A stretch of 64,000 nucleotides of DNA, from assembly GCF_964213995.1 (NCBI RefSeq), contig NC_135823.1, forward strand, positions 1,426,001 to 1,490,000, in the 5' to 3' direction. This DNA is from Mustelus asterias (Eukaryota). The position numbers were made by a program, and so were the translations under genes. The first letter of the stretch is position 1, and every line of letters starts with the position of its first letter. The notes below the pieces were generated by a model. The model saw only the letters and a list, made by a program, of their open reading frames with translations. It was not told the origin of the DNA and made no database searches. Below are positions 54,460 through 64,000 of this stretch, piece by piece.

Positions 54460-55045
54460 TGCAACACATGCACACAGTCAGAGTCATTCTCACTCCCAAC
54501 CACACAGACTCAGAAACTCTTGCACATTAAAACGCAGAGACAAACACATATACACACACACTCTTACAAACACAGCCACACACACAGATAACCACACAGT
54601 GTCAAAGGAAGATACACGCAGTCACGCACACGTTCACTCATACATATTCTCCCTCAAACACAGTCCCTCTCTTTCTCTCAGACTATCTCCTGCTCTCTCT
54701 CAGGTATACACACCCACCCACTCACACAAATACATGATCCCACACCGACACAGAGAGAGATACAAAGATAATCTCTCACACACACAAGCACAGACCGACA
54801 CATATAGAGAGATACACAGAAAAAGAATCTCTCTCTGTCTCACACACACGTACACAATCTCACACCGACATATCAGAGATACACAGATACTCTCTCACAC
54901 ACACCAGCTCACACCGACACATACAGAGAGATGCATAGACATAGAATCTTTCTCCCTCACCCACACACAAATACACAATTTCACACTGACAACTGACGGA
55001 AGATAGACAGAGAATCTCACACACAAAGACACACGCACACACACT
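54460..55045. repeat. Degenerate (CA)/(GA)-rich low-complexity tract
   Basis: Visible dinucleotide periodicity. Confidence 0.85.
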
Positions 55046-55442
55046 ACATCGTTGTGTATTAACAACACATAACATTTTTTGATTTCTCGATAAAAGAAAC
55101 TACCATGGCTTTGGACATTCTAATTCCAGCAATTAGATCATTTCCAAGTTTGTGCAGTTTGGAGGAAACTGGAAGCTGAGTGAGGGAGAACGAGATTATC
55201 CGCAGAGATAAAGAAAATGAAAAATAGCTGAAATCTGGCAATCTACAAAAGAAGTTGCTGAAAATCCACAGAAAAGTCTGACTGAGGTTTTCTAACCGGA
55301 CCATTAACTAAATTGCTGTCGGATCAGTTGCAAGTGGTCCAGAGGTACAAATTCTGATAACAGTGTGTGGTCAAATATGATTTGATTCACATTTAGATAC
55401 TTCAGACAGTGAGCTGGTCTCTGATAGCCGCATGAAATATCC

Positions 55443-55787
55443 ATAGAATCATAGAATCATAGAAACCCTACAGTGCAGGAGGAGGCCATTCGGCCCATCG
55501 AGTCTGCACCGACCACAATCCCACCCAGGCCCTACCCCCACATAGTTACCCGCTAATCCCTCTAACCTATGCATCTGAGGACTCTAAGGGGCAATTTTTA
55601 ACATGGCCAATCAACCTAACCCGCACATCCTTGGACTGTGGGAGGAAACCGGAGCACCCGGAGGAAATCCACGCAGACACGAGGAGAATGTGCAAACTCC
55701 ACACAGACAGTGACCCGAGCCGGGAATGGAACCCGGGACCCTGGAGCTGTGAAGCAGCAGTGCTAACCACTGTGCTACTGTGCGGCC
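55443..55787 (-). mobile_element. Young full-length HE1/V-SINE-type SINE
   Basis: Nearly identical to 29511-29855. Confidence 0.88.
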
Positions 55788-55865
55788 CAGTATTGGACAT
55801 CTTGCACCTTATTCCACAATCCAGCAATTTTCTGTCCAGCATTAAACTATTTGCAAAGCACTTAC

Positions 55866-55915
55866 CTGAAATGCACCGTCTTGTGTTCGCATCCCATATG
55901 ATTGCTGATAGTCGT
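55866..55915 (-). pseudogene. Candidate 50-bp cytoplasmic exon of A' (RLSAIIWDANTRRCIS)
   Basis: tttgttattcAG acceptor and strong CAG|GTAAGT donor; open in phase 2 after the 31-bp exon. Confidence 0.4.
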
Positions 55916-56209
55916 CTGAATAACAAAGTGGAAAGTTGCTATATAAATCCAATTCTGCTCGGGCTAAGCGATAATTGAATTGAGACACAGCGCATAAATG
56001 ATGCCCTGTTGCACCAATGGCCCTAATACATCAATTGGCCGGACGCCACAATGGATGTCAATGCAAAGAAGTCTCCAAAGTCCGCCAGTGTTGTCCTAAT
56101 ACATACACGGTCCCTCAATACGTCAATTGTCAAGCAATACTTCAATGGCTCTCAATCCGCCAATAGATGGACAAGGCATATCTGCCCCGCCTGCCTTCTG
56201 TTGCGCATT

Positions 56210-56560
56210 TTAATTGGACTGGCCATGCTGGACTGTCCCTTCGTGTCCAAAGGTGTGAGGGTTCGATGGATTGGCCATGCTAAATTGCTCATTAGTATCC
56301 AAAGATATGCGTTTTTGGTGGATTTGCCATGAAGAATTGTCTCTTAGTCTCCGAAGATCTGCAATTTAGTTGGCTTGGCCATGCTGAATTGTCCCTTATT
56401 GTCCAAAGGTGTGCAGGTTAAGTGGATTGGCCAAGCTATACTGGCTCTACATGCTCAAGCAAAATGGATTGGCCATGCTGAATTGCTCCTTAGTGTCCAC
56501 AGATGTGCAGGTTAGATGGATTGGCTATTCCGAATTGCCCCTTCGTGTCAAAAGCTTTGT
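56210..56560 (+). repeat. Second tandem array (~6-7 copies) of the ~52-bp SINE core
   Basis: Repeated ggattggccatgctaaattg.ccc.tagtgtccaaagatgtgcaggtt. Confidence 0.75.
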
Positions 56561-56992
56561 CATTTGCCCCTTTGCGTCAGGGGCTACGGGGATAGGAGCT
56601 GGCTGGGGTTGTTGTCAGCGAAGGCAAGATGGGATGACTGGCCTCCTTCTGCAGTGTAAGGATTGTATTATATTTCTGTTGAATTATATTGAATCTGTGC
56701 CAACATTGGCATGCAACATACGCATCTTTCTCTCTCTCCGTCCCCCGCAGTGTGCTGCCTTTCTCAAGCTAAAACAGGATAAGGAAATGAAAAGTATTAA
56801 ACAAGTGTTACATTCGGCAAATCCTGGTCGGGAACCAGAAATATTTGACTCAATTTTAAAATATGGGACATTTTGAATTATGGCATTGGAATCAGTGGTG
56901 GAGTTGAACTGGGGTTAACACTGCTGTAGTAAATTGGGTTTAATACAGAGATAATATTTAAGATGAATTTTGAACATGGCTCAGTTACTCAC

Positions 56993-57023
56993 CTTTCATT
57001 GCCGGCTTGCTTAGCCCATTCTC
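56993..57023 (-). pseudogene. Gene A': 31-bp cytoplasmic exon (GEWAKQAGNE)
   Basis: Canonical AG/GT boundaries; paralog of 488-518. Confidence 0.75.
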
Positions 57024-57117
57024 CTGAAACAATACACAACGATCAGCAATATAAAACTAAGAGAATCACATTGGATCAACAACAATGATATTATCACTCC
57101 AAAACATTATTCCTCTC

Positions 57118-57219
57118 CTGATTTGCCGCACTTCCAAATCCAGATGGAAAGAAGGATCCAGAGGAGAATCGGGATCACCAGGAAAGTTAAGACAATGTGA
57201 TGTTCCAGACTGCACCATC
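57118..57219 (-). pseudogene. Gene A': transmembrane exon (WCSLEHHIVLTFLVIPILLWILLSIWIWKCGKS) with donor mutated GT>GA
   Basis: Paralog of 616-717; donor reads CAG|GAGAGG. Confidence 0.8.
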
Positions 57220-58922
57220 CTTAAGAGGGCAAAAATTCGAAACTGCTGCTGGGTCAAATCGTTAATTCTGGTTCTGTAAGATGGAAAACTGAATGCAGAC
57301 ACAGTAACCACTGCCCCTTGACATTCAATGCTGTTATCATCACTGAATCCCCCACTTAAACACAATGGCTGCAAGAGCATGTTTGAGGCTGGGAATCCTG
57401 CGAAGGGCAATTCACCACCTGACGCCCAAAGCCAATCCACTATCTACAAAGCACAAGTCAGAGGTGTGATGGATTAATCCCCACTTGTCTTGTTGGGTGC
57501 AGCTTCAACAACACTCAAGAGCCTTGACACCATCCAGGACAAAGGAGCCTGCTTGATTGGCACGATATCCACTCCTTCCACCACTCGACATTCAGAAACA
57601 GCAGTGTGCCATCCACAGTATGTACTGCATCAATTCACCAAAGATCCTGAGACAGAATCTGCCAAACCCACGACCATTTCCATCCAGAAGGAGAAGGACA
57701 GGAGATATCCGGGAGCACCGCTGCCACCTACATATTCCCCTCCAGGCCACTCACTATCCTAACTTGGAAACATATCGCCGTTCCATCGCAGTTGCTCAGT
57801 CAAGATTCTATAATTTCCTCCCGACCAGCTCTGTGGGTCAACCCACAGCACGGGGATTGCAGCGTTTAAAGAATGCAGCTCACCATCACCTTCTCAGAAA
57901 CAACAAGACATGGGCAATAAATGCTGGCCTAGCCAGTGGCCCTCGTGTCCCACGAATGAATTTAGAAAACGGTTAAAAAGTGGAAACATTAAAATAACCA
58001 AAACAGGGAATCGTTAGCAACCCACCGATGTACAAGATGGAATGAGTGATATTATGTTTGCAAGTCGGGATCCATAATCTGACAGGCCTGTCATGAAAGC
58101 TCCACATTCACCGTGCATGATAAAAGCTTCACACTAACACTTATTTGAAAACTGAATCTTATAATTATACAGGCCCACAGTATCCGTACGCTGTCTTTGA
58201 AAGATCTATTGGAATCGTGCTATTCTGTCTAATTTTCCCTCACAACACTGCACATTTCTCACCAACGAGTCCACATGCAACTCCAGTTGTGAAATGTATT
58301 GTTATACATGCTTCCATTGGCCTTGGAATCCTGGTCCAGATCACAAGATCAAACATATAATAATCTATACATTCAAATTCTGTGAACCTTAAGCTTCTGC
58401 GATTGGATTACAGGTATCAGGAATTAAAAATTAAAAAGGCACCACATGGAAACAAAGGATTGTGAAGTGAGATTCTGGGAAATTGATCTGAGGCCTGAGA
58501 AAAAAAAAAATTCTTGTTTGTTCTCTGAACGCAACGCGCCTCCACGGTACGACTGACCCCCAACTCAATCCCAAAATCCATTCTCTGAAAAGGGCATGCA
58601 AGAAGATTCAATAATTACTTTCAACAGGGAAACAGAGAAGTTTAAGTTGTCGAGTGGTGTCACAAGTAGGCTTACATTAACATGGCAATGAAGTCAGTGT
58701 GAAAATCCCCCAAACGCCACACTCCAGCGCCTGTTCAGGTGCACTGAAGGAGAATGTTGCATAACAAATGCACCTCGACAACAAGTCTTTCGGTCTGTTA
58801 CAGGTAACTGGTGCACCGGGATGAAACGCACGAGAACGTGCAGACTCTGCACAGGCAATGACCCGAGCCTGGAATTGAACTGCGGTACATGGCACTGTGA
58901 GACAGCAGTGCTAACCTTTGTG

Positions 58923-59360
58923 CAGTGCCGGATTCAGACTTGGTGAGGCCATAAGCTATATCAAGCTTGGAGGTCCCTTGTTAAAACTTTACACCCAAAG
59001 GTCTCACAAATGTGCGTACCACAACAGGACCTTGGGTTGCCACAAATAATTGAAAACATAATTATGCCTTTTAATTATTTAATAGCATGGTATTTAAAGT
59101 GAAAAATACAAATTATTTTCAAATGAATGCATTTACTGATTACACACTTATCATTTGGCTGGCTTGATCTCTCTCATAGATTTTGGGAATTTCGGTATGT
59201 TTTTCTCAGTTGCTCTTCAAGCTGGTGCTTTCTTTTTCTTTTCTGGGATCCGCTCTTAAATGTTCTCTTCTTTGTAAACCTTCTGAAATTTTGTGAGGCC
59301 GCTGCGGATTGTGAGGCCCTAAGCTAAAGATTGTTTAGCTTATGCCTAAATCCGGCACTG
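58923..59360. mobile_element. hAT-like non-autonomous DNA transposon (MITE), 438 bp
   Basis: 12-bp TIRs CAGTGCCGGATT / AATCCGGCACTG; 8-bp TSD cctttgtg / ccactgtg; interrupts a SINE and is absent from the A copy (~2870). Confidence 0.8.
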
Positions 59361-59594
59361 CCACTGTGCCACCGAGCTGCCCATATTGTGACTTGACGGG
59401 CAAATGTTTCATGTTTTCAGTTTATTTATTATTAATGCTGATATTAACACTGCAATGAAGTTACTAGGAAATTCCCCTAGATCTAGTATCGTGGTAACGT
59501 AGTTGCAATTGGATGATTCAACCAGGTAATTCACAATCTTTAGTTTCTTCGTATCTGGTGCATTGCCCCAACTGATTAGGAGGTGAATTCAAAT

Positions 59595-61166
59595 TTGAAT
59601 AAACTGAAGGTCGGTAAGTCCCCTGGGCCAGATGAAATGTATCCTAGGATTCTTTGGGACGCAAGGGATGAGATTGCAGAGCCTTTGGCGTTGATCTTTG
59701 GGTCCTCGCTGTCCACGGGGATGGTGTCAGAGGACTGGAGAATGGCGAATGTTGTTCCTCTGTTTAAGAAAGGGAATAGAAATGACCCTGGTAATTATAG
59801 ACCGGTTAGTCTTACTTCGGTGGTTGGTAAATTGATGGAAAAGGTCCTTAGAGATGGGATTTACGACCATTTAGAAAGATGCGGATTAATCCGGGATAGT
59901 CAGCACGGATTCGTGAAGGGCAAGTCGTGCCTCACAAATTTGATTGAATTTTTTGAGGAGGTAACTAAGTGTGTTGATGAAGGTAGGGTAGTTGATGTCA
60001 TATACATGGATTTTAGTAAGGCGTTTGATAAGGTCCCCCGTGGTCGGCATATGATGAAAGTGAGGAGGTGTGGGATAGAGGGAAAGTTGGCCGATTGGAT
60101 AGGTAACTGGCTGTCTGATCGAAGACAGAGGGTGGTGGTCGATGAAAAATTTTCGGATTGGAGGCAGGTTGCTAGCGGAGTGCTGCAGGGATCAGTGCTT
60201 GGTCCTCTGCTCTTTGTGATTTTTATTAATGACTTAGAGGAGGGGGCTGAAGGGTGGATCAGTAAATTTGCTGATGACACCAAGATTGGTGGAGTAGTGG
60301 ATGAGGTGGGGGGCTGTTTTAGGCTGCAAAGAGACATAGATAGGATGCAAAGCTGGGCTGAAAAATGGCAAATCGAGTTTAACCCTGATAAATGTGAGGT
60401 GATTCATTTTGGTAGGACTAATTTAAATGTGGATTACAGGGCCAAAGGTAGGGTTCTGAAGACTGTGGAGGAACAGAGAGATCTTGGGGTCCATATCCAC
60501 AGATCTCTAAAGGTTGCCACTCAAGTGGATGAAGCTGTGAAGAAGGCCTATACTGTGTTAGCTTTTATTAACAGGGGTTTGGAGTTTCAGAGCCGTGGGG
60601 TAATGCTGCAACTGTACAGGACCTTGGTGAGACCACATTTGGATTATTGTGTGCAGTTCTGGTCACCTCACTATAAGAAGGATGTGGAAGCGCTGGAAAG
60701 AGTGCAGAGGAGATTGACCAGGATGCTGCCTGGTTTGGAGGGTAGGTCTTATGAGGAAAGGTTGTGGGAGCTAGGGCTCTTCTGTCTGGAGCAGAGGAGG
60801 CTGAGGGGAGGGTTAATAGAGGTTTATAAAATGATGACGGGGATAGATATAGTGAACGTTCAAAGACTATTTCCTCGGGTGGATGGAGCTATTACAAGGG
60901 GGCATAACTATAGGGTTCGTGGTGGGAGATACAGGAAGGATATCAGAGGTAGGTTCTTTACGCAGAGAGTGGTTGGGGTGTGGAATGGACTGCCTGCTGT
61001 GATAGAGGAGTCAGACACTTCAGGAACATTTAAGCGGTTATTGGATAGGCACATGGAGCACGCCAGAATGATAGGGAGTGGGGTAGCTTGATTTTGGTTT
61101 CAGATAAAGCTCTGCACAACATCGTGGGCCGAAGGGCCTGTTCTGTGCTGTACTGTTCTACGTTCT
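59595..61166 (+). mobile_element. Young 5'-truncated CR1 LINE with an uninterrupted RT-to-stop ORF (59583-61091, 502 aa)
   Basis: KSPGPD, NYRPVSL, DFSKAFD, QGSVLGP and FADD motifs; no endonuclease region; absent from the A copy. Confidence 0.95.
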
Positions 61167-61191
61167 ATCATTGTGGAAATTAAGAACTCAC

Positions 61192-61521
61192 CTGTCCCCG
61201 TCTCTGCTGCTTTGGAGAACGACACACCCTTTCTCCAGTATTTCCCTGGAATTCCCATTTGAACAATGCAAGTACAGACAGCGCCGCTTCTCCAAATGTC
61301 CCCTGACACGATGGCATGAGTTCTGATGCTGTCGATCCCGTCCTCCTCCATTGTCCCGTAATCAGTCGATCCCTCAGTGACCAGGCCCGAAATATTCCAG
61401 AAAATAGCAATCTGGTTGGAATAAACTCCGTTGACCAAACACACTAAAGGCACTGTATCATTCAAACCCATCTCACCGAGCGGGCCAAATACCAGCACAG
61501 CCATCTCGGTGTTGGTACTTT
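61192..61521 (-). pseudogene. Gene A': C1 domain exon
   Basis: Within ORF 61100-61579; 330 bp and colinear with 3136-3465; ccAG acceptor and G|GTGAGT donor. Confidence 0.9.
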
Positions 61522-61609
61522 CTGGCCAGAGTGGGACGGAGTTAACAATTAATTTACACCAAATCGCAATGCTGTGCACAATCTGAATTTAGTACACTTG
61601 CTCGCTTAC

Positions 61610-61908
61610 TTCCAACCAGGAGTGTGAGAATGTTCCGGAACGGTGCAGTCCCAGAATTATGGGAACAGCAGCAGGAACCCGAGTCATTCGTCTGGACATT
61701 GCGAATTTTCAGAATCAAATAATTTTGCAGTCGGCCCCAGTACAGGACGTAGTGTTTATTCTTACTCGAGCTTCACACAAACGTTGTTTGTACCAAGCAC
61801 AGTAAGACACCAAATATAATTCAGGATTCTTATAGTAGGACAATTCCACCGTCTGGCCCACTTCCACTGTCATTGTGAAGGGGATTTGAGACAGATGTGA
61901 CTCGGATT
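61610..61908 (-). pseudogene. Gene A': VJ-like exon, inactivated
   Basis: B-strand Cys replaced by Tyr (VELSYY); 28-bp deletion relative to A gives a frameshift and TGA; the 3' part reads DSGSCCCSHNSGTAPFRNILTLLVG. Confidence 0.88.
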
Positions 61909-62296
61909 CTGCAACTGGAGAAATTATTGTTACATTCGCACCGATTTTGAAATAACTGAAGCCGCCCCTTCCAAATAATCGCCTGCATTTAAAGTTTATT
62001 TATTATTGTCATAAGCAGGTTTACATTAACACTGAAATGAAGTAACGGCGCCAATCCCCGAGTCGCCATATTGCTTCGCCTGTTCGTTTGCACCAAGGGA
62101 GAATGTAACATGACCAATGAACCAAGCCAGCACGTCTTTCAGACGGTGGGAGGCAAACGGAGCACCCGGAGGTAACCCATGCAGACACGGGGAGAATGTG
62201 CAGACTCCACACAGTGACCCGAGCGGGGAATTGAAACTATGTCCCTGGCGCTGTGACGAGGCCATGCGAACCACTATGCCACCATGCCGCTCAATC

Positions 62297-64000
62297 TCAT
62301 AGAATCATAGATGTTTACAGCATGGAAAAACGCCCTTCAGCCCAACTAGTTCATGCCGCTCTTCTATTTTTACACACCGAAGCCATCCCAATTGCCCGCA
62401 TTTGGCCCATATTCCTCTACCCAACTTAGCCATGTAACTATCTAAATGCTTTTTAAAAGAGAAAATTGTACCCGCCTCTGCTACTATCTCTGGGAGCTTG
62501 TTCCAGACACTCACCACCCTCTGCGTGAAGAAAATGCCCCTCTCGACACTTTTGTATCTCTCCCCTCTCACCTTAAACCTATGCCCTCGAGTTTTAGACT
62601 CCCCTACCTTTGGGAAAAGACATTGAATGCCAAGCTAATCTGTGACCCTTATTATTCTATGGACCTCTATAAGATCACCCCTCAGCCTCCTACGCTCCAT
62701 TGAAAAAAAGTCCCAATCTACCCAGCCTCTCCTTATAACTCAAACAATCAAGTCCCGGCAGCCTCCGAGTAAATCTTTTCGACGCTCTTTCTGGTTTAAT
62801 AATATCCTTTCTATAATAATGTGTCCAGAACTGCACAGAGTATTCCAAGTGTGGCCTTACCACTGTCTTGTACAACTTGAAAAAGACGTCCCAACTCCTG
62901 TATTCAATGTTCAGATCGATGAAATCAAGCATGCCGAATGTCTTCTTCATCACTCTGTCCACCTGTGACTCCACTTTCAAGGAGCTAGATCACTTGTTCT
63001 GTAACTCTCCCCAACGCCTTACATTACATGAGTAAGTCCTGCCGTGGTTCAATCTACCAAAATGCATCACCCCGTATTTTTCTAAATTAAACTCCATCTG
63101 CCATTCGTCAGCCCACTAGCCCAATTGATCAAGATCGCGTTGCAATCGGCAATAACTTTCTTCACTGTCCTCTATGCCACCAATCTTGGTGTCATCTGCA
63201 ATCTTGCTAACCATGCCTCCTACATTCTCATCCAAATCATTAATATAAATGACAAATAACAGTGGACCCAGCACTGATCCCTGAGGCAAACTATTGTTAT
63301 TATTCTTTGTGATCATTGTTGGTTAGGTTTATTCTTCAGTTTAAATTAGAAACATAGAAAACTGCAGCACAAAACAGGCCCTTCGGCCCCACAAGTTGTG
63401 CCGAACATATCCCTACCTTTTAGGCCTACCTATAACCCTCCATCCTATTCAGTCCCATGTACTCATCCAGGAGTCTCTTAAAAGACCCTATTGAGTTTGC
63501 CTCCACCACCACTGATGGCAGCCGATTCCACCCACCTACCACCCTCTGTGTGAAACACTTCCCCCTAACATCTCCCCCGTACCTACCCCCCAGCACCTTA
63601 AACCTGTGTCCTCTCGTAGCAGCCATTTCCACCCTGGGAAAAAGCCTCTGAGAGTCCACCCGATCTATGCATCTCAACATCTTATATACCTCTATTAGGT
63701 CTCCTCTCATCCTACGACTCTCCAAGGAGAAAAGACCGAGCTCCCTCAGCCTATCCTCATAAGGCATGCCACTCAATCCAGGCAACGTCCTTGTAAATCG
63801 CCTCTGCACCCTTTCAATCTTTTCCATATCCTTCCAGTAATGAGGCGACCAGAACTGAGCACAGTACTCCAAGTGGGGTCTGACGAGGGTCTTATATAGC
63901 TGCATCATTATCCCTGGACTCCTAAACTCAATCTCTCGATTGATAAAGGCCAGCACACCATACGCCTACGTAACCACCTCCTCCACCTGCGGGCCGATTT
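62297..64000 (-). mobile_element. Two CR1 LINE fragments (62297-63290 and 63348 to window end)
   Basis: PQGSVLGPLLF, IADDTK and RPHLEYCAQFWSPH. Confidence 0.88.

Larger units (their letters stand above)
56500..63345 (+). repeat. Segmental duplicate of window positions ~1-4740 (type A gene region)
   Basis: Colinear exons, introns and shared old repeats in the same orientation; extra CR1 and MITE insertions in this copy. Confidence 0.88.

Noticed and set aside
54413-55006. 197-aa His/Thr-rich ORF
   Set aside because: Translation of a (CA)-rich low-complexity tract
59583-61091. Autonomous or domesticated reverse transcriptase gene
   Set aside because: 5'-truncated CR1 ORF2 lacking the endonuclease region, ORF1 and promoter; the listed start is a GTG in flanking DNA

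Overview
Repeat-dense vertebrate genomic DNA. The CR1 LINE and HE1/V-SINE-type repeats point to a shark or other elasmobranch (inference). The repeats surround a small duplicated cluster of non-rearranging, antigen-receptor-like Ig-superfamily genes with the exon plan leader, V with the J-like G strand in the same exon, C1, TM and short cytoplasmic exons; I saw no RSS. There are two chain types. Type A is on the minus strand: copy A (~488-4859) has an in-frame TAA in V, and copy A' (~51784-61908) has a frameshift, a lost V cysteine and a dead splice donor. Type B is on the plus strand: copy B (24560-31891) has an intact spliced ORF of about 276 aa whose tail stops just before an ITIM-coding exon (SVYARL), and copy B' (40023-41556) has lost V, C1 and TM by deletion. 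A and B lie head-to-head. B/B' is a direct tandem duplication (23777-38880 / 38881-46313), and the A region recurs about 56.5 kb away. The rest is CR1 and other LINE fragments, SINEs, two repeat-derived minisatellites, a probable solo LTR, a hAT-like MITE and Penelope-like inverted repeats carrying minimal hammerhead-ribozyme motifs. Exon boundaries were read by hand from splice signals and phases; repeat boundaries and family names are approximate.
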